Shown here piece after piece: positions 9,822 to 19,670 of a DNA stretch of 64,000 nucleotides. Both the position numbers and the translations under genes were made by a program. The notes below the pieces were generated by a model. That model had not been told where the DNA came from and did no database searches. It worked only from the letters and a program-made list of their open reading frames with translations. The stretch's first letter is position 1. Each line of letters starts with the position of its first letter. Location of the stretch: contig CAXXMD010000002.1 of NCBI GenBank assembly GCA_963675755.2, positions 1,024,001-1,088,000 on the forward strand, in the 5' to 3' direction. The DNA is from a bacterium. Its GTDB lineage: Bacteria > Zhuqueibacterota > Zhuqueibacteria > Residuimicrobiales > Krinioviventaceae.

Positions 9822-11889
9822 TATTCAGACTCACAGTTCCTAGTGATTGAATTTCCACCTGTGCTGGTATTTCAGCAAAGGACAAAATAATTAAAGATTT
9901 AAAAATCGGTTCTATTAAGCGTCTCAAATAGGGTCTAAGTGTTGGTGATGTAATTACAATGGGCTGTTGGCCTTCATCTTCAAGCTTATTAATTGATCCG
10001 GACAAAACGGTTAACAACCTTTGCAATACTTCTGTAGACAGTGCAAAACCTAATCCCTGTGTATTCATAACACCAGCTTTTTTAGCTTCCTGAATTGCAT
10101 TATTTAATGTCATTTCAAGCCTTTGATCAAGTGTTAATGCACTAATTTTTCCTTCAATATCAAGATATTGCGCAACAATGCTTCTGCCCAATGCCTGTCT
10201 TACATGCTCGGTTAATAAATCAAGATCTTTGACAGTTGTAATATTGTCTGCAATGGTTGTCAAAATAGTTGCAAGGTCGCGAATAGAAACGCGTTCACTA
10301 AGCAGGTTCTTTAATATACGCTCAATGGAACCCATGCTTACCAGGCCGGGTATCACTTCATTAACCAGAGATGCCTGATCACGTTTCAAATTTTCAATCA
10401 GTTCATGTACATCCTGTCTTGTTAAAATCAAATCAGAATGTGATTTTAATACTTCTGCAAGATGAGTACCCAGTACTGCACCCGGAGCGACCAGAGTGTA
10501 ACCGGCAATCTCGGCTTTGTCTTTTTCTTCTCCCCTAACCCATACAGCAGGCAAACCAAATGCAGGTTCTTTAACTTTAACACCACCCAAGTCATCAATA
10601 TCGCCGCCAGGATTCAATGCAAGATAATGACCCAGCTTGAGTGTATTACTTGCAACTTCGTTACCTCGTATTAATATCATATATTCATTTGGCTTTAACT
10701 GCATATTATCACGAATACGTATAGGTGGAATCACTATCCCCAAATCCATTGCACATTGCTTTCGTATTTGCGTAATACGGGCTAATAAATCGCCATGTTG
10801 TTCAACATCTACAAGGGGTATTAAATTATATCCAATTTCAAGCTCTACAGCATCTACATGTAAATAATCTTGAATTTCTGCTTCTTTATCCACTTCAACA
10901 GGAGGTTCTTCTTCAACAACTTCTTCCTCTGGACGGGTTTTAATAACCCAGCCGATAGCTCCCAAACTTGCAGACATTAATGAAAATGGCAGAAAAGGCA
11001 GTCCTGGTGTAATTGCGAGAAACAACAATACTCCCGAAGCGATAAAAGCAACACGAGGATTAATGAACAATTGTGTTGAAAGGTCAACACCCAAACTCTC
11101 TTCAGAGGCTGAGCGGGTAACAATCATACCGGCTGCGGTTGAAATAATCAATGCGGGAATTTGAGAAACCAAACCATCACCCACTGTAAGCATGGTATAT
11201 GTAGCAAGTGATTCAGTAAAACTCATATCCAGTTGCACAATACCTACAATAAATCCACCAATAATGTTCAACGCAGTAATAATGATACCTGCAATTGCAT
11301 CACCTCGAACGAATTTGCTGGCACCGTCCATAGCACCATAAAAATCTGCTTCGCGTGAAATATCTTCTCTTCGTCTACGGGCTTCAGATTCTTCAATCAT
11401 ACCTGCATTCAGATCAGCATCAATACTCATCTGCTTACCTGGCATAGAATCAAGAGTAAATCTTGCTGCAACTTCTGCTACACGTCCCGCACCTTTGGTG
11501 ATAACAATAAAATTGATCAATACAAGGATAAGAAAGATTATAAAACCAACAACATAATTACCTTTTACTACAAAATCTCCAAATGCGGTAATAATTTTAC
11601 CTGCATATCCATCACCCAAAATCAAACGGGTAGTTGCCACATTTAAAGACAATCGAAATATAGTTATAATCAACAATAAACCCGGGAAAACTGAAAACTG
11701 CAAAGGCTTGGTGATATACATGGAAACGAGCAAAATAACTATAGCCAATGTAATATTTAACGCAAGCATCAAATCCATTAAAACCGTGGGAATTGGCATC
11801 AACATCACAATCAGAATACCAATAACACTGATTGCCATTGCAACATCACTATTTTTTGCTAAAAATGATAAATTAAAACCCTTGGGCAT
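9811..11889 (-). CDS. flhA: Flagellar export gate protein FlhA
   Basis: RVAEVAARFTLDSMPGKQMSIDADL, FYGAMDGASKFVRGDA, IRIRDN. Confidence 0.98.
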   Translation of the reverse strand: MPKGFNLSFLAKNSDVAMAISVIGILIVMLMPIPTVLMDLMLALNITLAIVILLVSMYITKPLQFSVFPGLLLIITIFRLSLNVATTRLILGDGYAGKIITAFGDFVVKGNYVVGFIIFLILVLINFIVITKGAGRVAEVAARFTLDSMPGKQMSIDADLNAGMIEESEARRRREDISREADFYGAMDGASKFVRGDAIAGIIITALNIIGGFIVGIVQLDMSFTESLATYTMLTVGDGLVSQIPALIISTAAGMIVTRSASEESLGVDLSTQLFINPRVAFIASGVLLFLAITPGLPFLPFSLMSASLGAIGWVIKTRPEEEVVEEEPPVEVDKEAEIQDYLHVDAVELEIGYNLIPLVDVEQHGDLLARITQIRKQCAMDLGIVIPPIRIRDNMQLKPNEYMILIRGNEVASNTLKLGHYLALNPGGDIDDLGGVKVKEPAFGLPAVWVRGEEKDKAEIAGYTLVAPGAVLGTHLAEVLKSHSDLILTRQDVHELIENLKRDQASLVNEVIPGLVSMGSIERILKNLLSERVSIRDLATILTTIADNITTVKDLDLLTEHVRQALGRSIVAQYLDIEGKISALTLDQRLEMTLNNAIQEAKKAGVMNTQGLGFALSTEVLQRLLTVLSGSINKLEDEGQQPIVITSPTLRPYLRRLIEPIFKSLIILSFAEIPAQVEIQSLGTVSLNNES

Positions 11890-11901
11890 AAATTACTCCG
11901 T

Positions 11902-12966
11902 TCAAGCCTTTTTCTTCATTTGATATACTTGTGCCAGAATCTCAGCAACGACCTGGTACAATTCTACAGGTATTTCATGACCAACTTCAGCGGTCTTGTA
12001 CAATAAACGAGCTACAATCGGTTTTTCGATTATAGGAATATCATTTTCTTTTGCTATTTCTCTTATCTTTAATGCTATCTTGCGCATACCTTTAGCCACA
12101 ACAACAGGTGCCGACATTTTTTCAGAATCAAATCGAAGTGCAACAGCATAATGAGTCGGGTTGGTTATAACTACATCCGCAGTGGGCACATCACTCATCA
12201 TACGATTTCTTGCCTGCTCACGTTGTATTGCACGAATTCGGGATTTAACAAGCGGATCACCTTCAGACTGTTTCATTTCTTCTTTGATTTCCTGCTTGGT
12301 CATTCGCAGGTTTTTCTCATACTCATATTTCTGGTATGCAAAATCAAGAATGGCAAGAAGAATAAAAACCATACCCACTCTGAAAATCAATTTCAAACTA
12401 AGACTACCAATAAAAGCTGTAATCTGGCTGATATCCTGATTTACCAGTTTAAAGAATTCATCCATTTCACCTTTAATGGTTATATAACCCACTATGACAA
12501 TAATTGTCATCTTTAACACATTCTTTATCAATTCAATAAATGATCTTAAAGAAAAAAGGCGTTTGAATCCGGCTATAGGATCAATCTTTTCCAGTTTGGG
12601 TTCAATAGAATGTGTAGAGATAGTAACTCCTGATTGAATGACATTTGCTGCTACACCAGCAACCATAATGGTTAATAGAAAAGGACCCAAAATAAATGCA
12701 AATGCAAGACCAGCGTCTTGAGCCAGTTGCGGCATATTGTTAACAGTCAATTCCATTGTACCAAAATCTCTAAAAACACTTGAAATAAAAACTTTGATAC
12801 TGTTGAACATATGTTTGCCATAGATAACAAAACCCAATCCCGAGATCAACAAAATTACTGCCGAGTTGACCTCGTTACTTCGGGGAATATTTCCTTTTTC
12901 TCGCGCCTCCTGCTTTTTCTTAGGAGTCGCCTGCTCAGTACGTTCTTGAAAGGATTCTTCTGGCAT
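11902..12966 (-). CDS. flhB: Flagellar export switch protein FlhB
   Basis: ERTEQATPKK, EGDPLVKSRIR, autocleavage motif NPTH. Confidence 0.98.
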   Translation of the reverse strand: MPEESFQERTEQATPKKKQEAREKGNIPRSNEVNSAVILLISGLGFVIYGKHMFNSIKVFISSVFRDFGTMELTVNNMPQLAQDAGLAFAFILGPFLLTIMVAGVAANVIQSGVTISTHSIEPKLEKIDPIAGFKRLFSLRSFIELIKNVLKMTIIVIVGYITIKGEMDEFFKLVNQDISQITAFIGSLSLKLIFRVGMVFILLAILDFAYQKYEYEKNLRMTKQEIKEEMKQSEGDPLVKSRIRAIQREQARNRMMSDVPTADVVITNPTHYAVALRFDSEKMSAPVVVAKGMRKIALKIREIAKENDIPIIEKPIVARLLYKTAEVGHEIPVELYQVVAEILAQVYQMKKKA

Positions 12967-12979
12967 TAGCAGTCTCTAC

Positions 12980-13759
12980 TTAGTTTTGCATTAATCGCAT
13001 TAATTGTAAAAAATCAGTTTGAAATTTATGGTAAACACTGGTAAAAAAATACGCAAATAAAGGCAATGAAATTGCCATTGCGGCCAGACCCATTGCAATT
13101 TTTAAAGGCATACCTACAAAAAACACGTTCATCTGAGGTACAGCACGTGCAACCAGTCCTAACGCCACACTTGTTAATAATAACGAAACAATAATCGGTG
13201 CACCAATCTTGATAGCTGCAACAAAAATATCTGCAGCCACTGACATGTGCAAATCAACAATACCTACCCTAAAAGTTGCTGTAGAAGGAGGAATAACCTG
13301 AAAGCTTTTATACAAACCTTCTATTAGAAAATGATGTCCATCAATTGCTAAAAAAACCATCATGGCCAGGTAAAGATAAAATTGACCAACAATGGGAATT
13401 TGTCTGCTGGTTTGGGGATCATAAACATTTACAATACCAAAACCCATTTGCATAGACACCAATTGTCCCGCTAATTCAACGCAAGCAAAAATCATCGAGG
13501 CTAAAAATCCCAAAACCAGTCCTACCAGCACTTCTTTTACAAGTACAAAAATAATTTGTGCTACTATTTCCGGAACAACCATTTGTGATGAAATAACCAA
13601 CGGTGAAATAATTAATGACAATACCAGGCTGATACCAATTTTAGCTGGTGTAGGAATATACAACGAATTGAACACAGGAAATACGATCATTGCCGAAGAT
13701 ATTCTCAGCAATATCATCAAAAAGACTACGATTTCATTTTGTGTAATTCCTAATAACAT
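12980..13759 (-). CDS. fliR: Flagellar export protein FliR
   Basis: Hydrophobic; AGQLVSMQMGFG, DGHH, RAVPQMNVFFVGMPLK. Confidence 0.96.
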   Translation of the reverse strand: MLLGITQNEIVVFLMILLRISSAMIVFPVFNSLYIPTPAKIGISLVLSLIISPLVISSQMVVPEIVAQIIFVLVKEVLVGLVLGFLASMIFACVELAGQLVSMQMGFGIVNVYDPQTSRQIPIVGQFYLYLAMMVFLAIDGHHFLIEGLYKSFQVIPPSTATFRVGIVDLHMSVAADIFVAAIKIGAPIIVSLLLTSVALGLVARAVPQMNVFFVGMPLKIAMGLAAMAISLPLFAYFFTSVYHKFQTDFLQLMRLMQN

Positions 13760-13767
13760 GGATATTC

Positions 13768-14037
13768 CTATTTACTAATCATGGGTATTGTTGTAAATAA
13801 ATTGCTGGTAAAACCGACAAACTTGCCAATCATCCAGGGCAATAAAATCAACATGGTAAATACAATTGCCAAGATCTTTGGGATGAATGTAAGTGTCATT
13901 TCATGAATTTGTGTTACAGCTTGTAAAATTGAAACAGCAAGACCTACCAGCAAACCTGCCAGTAACATGGGAGCCGCTATTATCAAAGTTGTCATAATGG
14001 CCTGATTGGCCAATTCCAATACCATTTCCTGGGTCAT
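13768..14037 (-). CDS. fliQ: Flagellar export protein FliQ
   Basis: SILQAVTQIHEMTLTFIPKI. Confidence 0.97.
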   Translation of the reverse strand: MTQEMVLELANQAIMTTLIIAAPMLLAGLLVGLAVSILQAVTQIHEMTLTFIPKILAIVFTMLILLPWMIGKFVGFTSNLFTTIPMISK

Positions 14038-14049
14038 TGTATATTCCTA

Positions 14050-14802
14050 TTATTTAAATCCTGTGATGATAGATTCTACTATCAAATACCATCCATCCAC
14101 AAGTACAAAAAGCAATAGTTTGAATGGTAGAGAGATAGATATAGGTGGTAACATCATCATACCCATTGACATCAGCACACTAGCTACAATCATATCTAAC
14201 ATGAGAAAAGGTATGAATAACAGAAAACCAATTTGAAAAGCAATTCTAAATTCACTGATAATAAATGAAGGTATTAAAACCTGTGTGGGTACATCCTCAA
14301 AATTCTCAGGTTTTGATAAATTTGCCATTTTCATAAACAAACCTAAATCTTTTTCACGGGTTTGTTTGAACATGAACAACCTCAAGGGCTCCATGGCTTT
14401 TTGATACGCTTCACCCTGGCTGATTTGCTGATCAAGATAAGGCTGCAGCGCATTCGTATTGATATCCTGCCAAACGGGGGCCATAATAAAAATGGTCAAA
14501 AACACTGCAAGACCAATCATCACCTGGGTTGGCGGAGCTTGTTGGGTTCCCAAAGCCTGTCTTAAAAAGGAAAAGACAATCATAACACGGGTAAATGAAG
14601 TAACCATGATCAATAATGCAGGTGCAAGTGAAAGCACCGTTAACAAGAGAATAATCTGCAAAGTTACAGCAACATCACCCGGATTCTGAGCCTGATCTAA
14701 ACCAATTGTCACCTTGGGAAGGGGTTGTGCATTGGCAAGTACCGGCAAGAGAAACATTGTGATCAATACCAGTACATATATATGTTTATTCTTGATTCGC
14801 AT
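14050..14802 (-). CDS. fliP: Flagellar export protein FliP
   Basis: TSFTRV, LRQALGTQQAPP, GMMMLPP..ISLPFKLLLFVLVDGW. Confidence 0.98.
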   Translation of the reverse strand: MRIKNKHIYVLVLITMFLLPVLANAQPLPKVTIGLDQAQNPGDVAVTLQIILLLTVLSLAPALLIMVTSFTRVMIVFSFLRQALGTQQAPPTQVMIGLAVFLTIFIMAPVWQDINTNALQPYLDQQISQGEAYQKAMEPLRLFMFKQTREKDLGLFMKMANLSKPENFEDVPTQVLIPSFIISEFRIAFQIGFLLFIPFLMLDMIVASVLMSMGMMMLPPISISLPFKLLLFVLVDGWYLIVESIITGFK

Positions 14803-14803
14803 T

Positions 14804-15292
14804 TTAATGTTTTACCGATCCGCTTAGTTTCGACACTTGTTCTGAAAGGGTTTTAGAAAATGGTTTGGCCTTTTCTTTTTTCTCTGCCAGTTCTTTTTTT
14901 TCATCTTCACCGAGTTCAAGCAAAAGGTTTATACCTGTTTCTGAAGCACCAACAAGTATAACCCGATTCATCACTTGTACAAGATGTAATTGACGTTTGG
15001 GGCCAATAGAAAGAGAATCTTGAATTGACATATTGTGGTATTTGTAATATCCGGATTGGGTTTTAGACTGCAGCCACTTTAAACCATAAACAAATAAAAC
15101 AAGCAAAACAATTACAACAGCCAATGATAAAATGGTTTTAAACAGCAATGCTGCAAAATTGAGGTTCCCGGTAACCGGGGCAGATATGACTTTGGTACTG
15201 TCAGATTGAACTTGTGCCAAACCAACAGAATTAACCAATACCAGTAATATAGAAATAAAACTGGTCAAAAAGTAATTGACTCGTATTTTCAT
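14804..15292 (-). CDS. fliO: Flagellar biogenesis protein FliO/FliZ
   Basis: Signal peptide plus TM, then LSIGPKRQLHLVQV..RVILVG; between fliN and fliP; ATG at 15292 preferred over 15301. Confidence 0.85.
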   Translation of the reverse strand: MKIRVNYFLTSFISILLVLVNSVGLAQVQSDSTKVISAPVTGNLNFAALLFKTILSLAVVIVLLVLFVYGLKWLQSKTQSGYYKYHNMSIQDSLSIGPKRQLHLVQVMNRVILVGASETGINLLLELGEDEKKELAEKKEKAKPFSKTLSEQVSKLSGSVKH

Positions 15293-15320
15293 GTTTCCCA
15301 AAAAGTTGTATTAATAAAAA

Positions 15321-16199
15321 TCAAACGCGCAAAGAAGCAAACCTGTCTCGTTTGGCAACCAGCGATGTAATTCTAACTGCAAAGTTCTGATCGATAACCA
15401 CAACTTCACCTTCAGCAAATTTTTTGTTATTTACATACACTTCTACCGGCTCACCTGCAAATTTGTTCAGCTCCACAATACTTCCAGGTCCTAATGCCAG
15501 CATGTCTTTAAGTGTCATCGTTACACGACCCAATTCTACGGTAACCAACAGTTCAAGGTCATGTATAAAATCAATAGATTGTTGTGCGTCAATATGTTCT
15601 TCCGCATCAGAAAAATCTTCAAAGTCTTCGCTTTCAACTCCACCATTCTCACCAGCTTGATCCTGATCGAAATATTCAGCCACGATGTCGGCAGGAATCA
15701 TACGGACCAGAGTAATGTTGTTTTTTTCTCCGATCTGCATTTTGTAAAAAGTGAGAATGCTTTCACTGAAAATCATATCTATTGAACCATCCCATGCTGA
15801 TAAAGCTGGGCTGTCAAATTCTACACCCTTTGATAGGACTTCATCAAAACATTGTTTTTTGATCATAGATAATTGCTCAGATACATCCATAATCATTTGC
15901 ATGGAATCCGGAATATTGGGCGGATTATCACCGTCGTCAGACAAATATCCCGTTAAATCAGGTAAAAGCTTACCATTTGCAAAATAAGTGAGTCCTTTAT
16001 CTTTACCGGGAATATTAAAATCCAACCGTAGTGATGGAATACCCACAGAGTTTTTTAAAAGCTCGGGATTAAATACCTTGGAATTTTCAACAACAATGCT
16101 GACTTTTTCATTAAAAATCGTTTCAAGCAGGTTTGATGCCTGATTGACAAATGCATTATCGAAACTTTCCAATGTTGTAAAAACAGCTTCCTGATTCAA
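15321..16199 (-). CDS. fliN: Motor switch protein FliN with a long N-terminal (FliY/CheC-like, degenerate) domain
   Basis: C-terminal SpoA domain VTVELGR..GSIVELNKFAGEPV..GEVVVIDQNFAVRI; TTG start with AGGAG RBS. Confidence 0.88.
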   Translation of the reverse strand: MNQEAVFTTLESFDNAFVNQASNLLETIFNEKVSIVVENSKVFNPELLKNSVGIPSLRLDFNIPGKDKGLTYFANGKLLPDLTGYLSDDGDNPPNIPDSMQMIMDVSEQLSMIKKQCFDEVLSKGVEFDSPALSAWDGSIDMIFSESILTFYKMQIGEKNNITLVRMIPADIVAEYFDQDQAGENGGVESEDFEDFSDAEEHIDAQQSIDFIHDLELLVTVELGRVTMTLKDMLALGPGSIVELNKFAGEPVEVYVNNKKFAEGEVVVIDQNFAVRITSLVAKRDRFASLRV

Positions 16200-16238
16200 A
16201 ACAGTCTCCTCGAAATTTGTTGCAAGTTCTTTTTGATA

Positions 16239-17138
16239 TTACTGTTGTGTAATATCAGTAACCACATCAGTTATTTTAATAGACTTGTGCTTGCTTCGAA
16301 CACCTGGCACGCCTCTAAATCTGACAGATCCATCAACCAGAACATCCAGTGGTTTTTTCACCCATTGATTCAAAACCATCAAATCACCTTCTTCAAGATT
16401 CATCAACTCTTTAAATTTCAATTTGGTTTTGCCGAGGTTGACAATAACCGGAAAGTCAGTTCGAAGAATCGTTTCCCGCATCTGCTCACGCTGGTAAACG
16501 GCAGCTTCCTGACTTTTAATTGAAATTGACCATTCCTTAATTGCTTTGAAAAAGGGACCCATCATGGGAATGGGTAAACAAATACTAAGCTGATGTCTGT
16601 CATTCTGCATGGTCACATCATATACAACCAATATTGTTGGTTCACTACGACCAACAACCTGCGCCATGTATGGATTGGTTTCAAAAGATTTAACTGTAGA
16701 TTCTACTGCAATCATGTTATACCATGCACGATCTAACATTTGCAGCATACGATCCAGAACACGCGTAATAATGTTTTTTTCAATGGCAGTATTTGGTCTT
16801 TCAAGTACCTTGGGAATTCCTAATCCGCCAAATAAACGGTCAATTATCAAAAAGATAAATGTTGGTGGAAGTTCAAAAATACCGGGTTGATCAGATTTAT
16901 TGGTTGTAAATATACAAAGTCCATCTGGCTCAGTACGTGAACCAATAAAATCACCAAACATAACTTCATCAATTCTTGACAATTGAACATCAGTTAGAGT
17001 TCTTAACAAGGTCGTAAAATATGCACCCAGCAGCTTGGCATATGCTTCATAAACCAATGATAGTGCAGACCGCTGTTCTTTTGTTAAGCGTCTGGGATGA
17101 CGAAAATCATATAACGATACCTTGACATTTTTACGCAT
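16239..17138 (-). CDS. fliM: Motor switch protein FliM lacking the N-terminal CheY-binding peptide
   Basis: YDFRHP, IDRLFGG.G, R..TAIE, ETNP, C-terminal SpoA domain. Confidence 0.92.
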   Translation of the reverse strand: MRKNVKVSLYDFRHPRRLTKEQRSALSLVYEAYAKLLGAYFTTLLRTLTDVQLSRIDEVMFGDFIGSRTEPDGLCIFTTNKSDQPGIFELPPTFIFLIIDRLFGGLGIPKVLERPNTAIEKNIITRVLDRMLQMLDRAWYNMIAVESTVKSFETNPYMAQVVGRSEPTILVVYDVTMQNDRHQLSICLPIPMMGPFFKAIKEWSISIKSQEAAVYQREQMRETILRTDFPVIVNLGKTKLKFKELMNLEEGDLMVLNQWVKKPLDVLVDGSVRFRGVPGVRSKHKSIKITDVVTDITQQ

Positions 17139-17188
17139 AGTTTTTCAGATCCTATATTTATACAGTTGCATAGAAACACATGAATCTT

Positions 17189-17205
17189 TACAAACTATGT
17201 GCCAG
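17189..17205 (-). promoter_or_regulatory. Putative sigma54 -24/-12 promoter for the fliM operon
   Basis: Minus strand CTGGCAC-ATAGT-TTGTA versus consensus TGGCAC-N5-TTGC, 50 nt upstream of the fliM ATG. Confidence 0.7.
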
Positions 17206-17286
17206 TAAATCAACATAGAAAAAGATGTCGTAACTTTATAATTTACAACAAGAAAGATGTCGGAAGGATATTATAGAAAATAAACA

Positions 17287-17302
17287 GGGTAAAAATTTAC
17301 CC
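17287..17302. promoter_or_regulatory. Putative enhancer (UAS) palindrome for the sigma54 activator
   Basis: GGGTAAA-AA-TTTACCC about 85-100 bp upstream of the -24 element. Confidence 0.5.
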
Positions 17303-17362
17303 AATTCTTGGGATTTCTTTCCTATAAAAATTTAAACTACTATCCCCCTAATAAACAGTAGA

Positions 17363-17965
17363 TTATTGGAATAAATATTTGGTAAAATAAACGCGTAAAA
17401 CCTTGACATCACCCATTACGGATTCAATTAATAATTTAATTTCTTCACGCAAATAAGGTCGGTTATCAATATCAGACAACCAAAGCACTGTTTTACGGGA
17501 AATGAGTGTATTGACCGCATCATTAATTGCCGGCAATTTTGCATCCCACTTGCTTTGTACATCTTTACCATTAATAACAAGGTTCATAGACATAACAATG
17601 TACCGGGTTCCTCGCGTTTGAGCAGGATTGATAATCAAGTCATCTAGTGTTAATGTTATTGCACCTTTTAATTCTTTTTCTGGTATTTCTTCTTCCAGAT
17701 AATCTGATAATTCATTATAAAATTCAGCTTCTTTAATAGAATCTGCTTCAGCAAGCGCGGCATCCTCTTCGCTTCCTAGTGTTTCACCGGAACCCTCACT
17801 TCCATCTCCCTCCTGGACATTTGAAACAACTAATCCACCACTATCTGCAGCGGGTTGAACAGGTTTACTGGGAGGTAATATATAAGTAACCAGACCATAA
17901 GCCAGCCCAATCTGCAATATTATGATTGCAGCAAAAATACCAATTTTAGGAAGATGCTCTTTCAT
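17363..17965 (-). CDS. fliL: Flagellar basal body-associated protein FliL
   Basis: N-terminal TM, LDDLIINPA..GTRY, INDAV, LREEIK, RVYFTKYLFQ; ATG at 17965 has a GGAG RBS. Confidence 0.88.
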   Translation of the reverse strand: MKEHLPKIGIFAAIIILQIGLAYGLVTYILPPSKPVQPAADSGGLVVSNVQEGDGSEGSGETLGSEEDAALAEADSIKEAEFYNELSDYLEEEIPEKELKGAITLTLDDLIINPAQTRGTRYIVMSMNLVINGKDVQSKWDAKLPAINDAVNTLISRKTVLWLSDIDNRPYLREEIKLLIESVMGDVKVLRVYFTKYLFQ

Positions 17966-17989
17966 TAAAAATCTCCAATATTCCAAAAA

Positions 17990-18760
17990 CTATTTTAAAT
18001 AGTTTCTTGATTCTATCAACTCTTGTCCACTTAGATACATATAATTTAAATATATTTCCACTCGACGATTCTTTGCACGATGTTCGGGTGTATCATTCGG
18101 AGCAACCGGTTTATACTCGCTCCTACCGATAGCAATAATAGTTTTAGGATTAACTCCCATCTTGTCTACAAAAAACCTCAATACATTCAGTGCCCTTGCA
18201 GATGAAAGTTCCCAATTTGATCCATATTGAGGAGTATTAATAGGGACATTATCCGAATGCCCTTCAACAACAACATGATAATCATACAAAACTATCATCT
18301 TTCCAATTCTGGCCAATAAATCAAACGCACGTCCTTTTAGCTCTGCTTGACCAGGTTCAAAAAGCATGGTATTACCCAGACGAATGATTAAACCATCATC
18401 AACTTTTTCAACAGCTATCTGATCGCTATCTGCTTCTTCCATATAACTATTTTCAACTTGTTCCAGAAACTCGTCAATAGCATCATGAGCTGATATTGTT
18501 TCTTTCATATCCGGACGCGGGATCTGTTTAGGCATAATGCTTGAACCGGGTGCGTCTGTCAATGCACCTGTAGATCCTTGCAATGCACCCATGGCTTGAC
18601 GAAACTTTATAAGTTCTGTATTCGAAAAAGACACAATCAGGATAAAAAAGGTCAACAAAAGTGTCATCAAATCCGCAAAACTCGCCATCCAACCGGGAGC
18701 ACCTTCCTCAGCAGGTTTTTGCTTTTTAGGAGGAGGACATTTTGGGGCTTCATCACTCAT
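17990..18760 (-). CDS. motB: Flagellar stator MotB (PomB/MotS-like)
   Basis: WMASFADLMTLLLTFFILI TM with the critical Asp; OmpA-like domain GHSD, NWELSSARA, NRRVEI. Confidence 0.95.
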   Translation of the reverse strand: MSDEAPKCPPPKKQKPAEEGAPGWMASFADLMTLLLTFFILIVSFSNTELIKFRQAMGALQGSTGALTDAPGSSIMPKQIPRPDMKETISAHDAIDEFLEQVENSYMEEADSDQIAVEKVDDGLIIRLGNTMLFEPGQAELKGRAFDLLARIGKMIVLYDYHVVVEGHSDNVPINTPQYGSNWELSSARALNVLRFFVDKMGVNPKTIIAIGRSEYKPVAPNDTPEHRAKNRRVEIYLNYMYLSGQELIESRNYLK

Positions 18761-19541
18761 CTAATCGGTTCTCATCTACTCCTGCGGTCTGTTCTCTCTG
18801 ACTTGGTGAAAGAATGGACAGCAATTTATCGTTCAGCAATCTCGGGTTATCACCAGCTTGTATAGAATAAATGGCATTAACAATGAGTTGTTTTACAGCT
18901 ATTTCTTGTTCTGATCTTGCTGCTAACTTTGATGACATGGGTATAAAAATCAAATTTGCAAATATACTTCCATAAAAAGTAGTTACCAATGCAGTTGCCA
19001 TACCCACACCAATCTGTGAAGGATCACTTAATGATGAAAGCATCTGGATCAATCCAATAAGCGTTCCAACCATACCAAAGGCAGGACACAAAGCACCCAT
19101 AGTTTTGAACATTTGCTGGCCAATTTGATGGCGTTCTTCAATATGGTTCATTTCCATAACAAGAATATCATTAATTACTTCTTTCTTGATACCATCCACC
19201 ATTAATTGAATACCTTTTCTGGTAAAATTATCATTGGTTGCATAAATATCTTCTTCCAAAGCAAGTAAACCATCTTTTCTCGCTTTACGTGAAAGTACAT
19301 ACCAGAATTCAACAGTTTCCTGTATTGAATCCAGCTTTTCGGTGAATGCGTTTTTAGAAATTTTAATAACCTTAACAACATCACTTACCGGATGACTTAC
19401 AAAAGTTGCGGCAACTGTACCACCCATTACAATCACAAAAGAAGGAAAATTAAAGAAAAATTGCCATCCCTGACCTAAAAAGATCATTGCAAAGATCAAA
19501 ACAAAACCGGATGACATTCCAATGACTGTACCTTTGTCCAT
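18753..19541 (-). CDS. motA: Flagellar stator MotA (PomA/MotP-like)
   Basis: ARKDGLLALE, PAFGMVGTLIGLIQML, ALVTTFYG. Confidence 0.95.
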   Translation of the reverse strand: MDKGTVIGMSSGFVLIFAMIFLGQGWQFFFNFPSFVIVMGGTVAATFVSHPVSDVVKVIKISKNAFTEKLDSIQETVEFWYVLSRKARKDGLLALEEDIYATNDNFTRKGIQLMVDGIKKEVINDILVMEMNHIEERHQIGQQMFKTMGALCPAFGMVGTLIGLIQMLSSLSDPSQIGVGMATALVTTFYGSIFANLIFIPMSSKLAARSEQEIAVKQLIVNAIYSIQAGDNPRLLNDKLLSILSPSQREQTAGVDENRLDE

Positions 19542-19596
19542 AACTAACCATTTATTTTTATATAGTGACTATACAATTAAGTTTTATACATTATTA

Positions 19597-19623
19597 TTAT
19601 CGGTAAAACCCGTATAAACTTGA
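19597..19623 (-). promoter_or_regulatory. Sigma28 promoter for motAB-fliL
   Basis: Minus strand TCAA-N15-ACCGATAA versus consensus TAAA-N15-GCCGATAA, directly after the flgE terminator. Confidence 0.75.
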
Positions 19624-19626
19624 ATT

Positions 19627-19662
19627 AAAAGAAAACGGGGGCGAGCTTTTTTACTCACCCCC
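19627..19662 (-). terminator. Rho-independent terminator after flgE
   Basis: Minus strand GGGGGTGAG-loop-CTCGCCCCC followed by GTTTTCTTTT. Confidence 0.85.
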
Positions 19663-19670
19663 TATTTATA

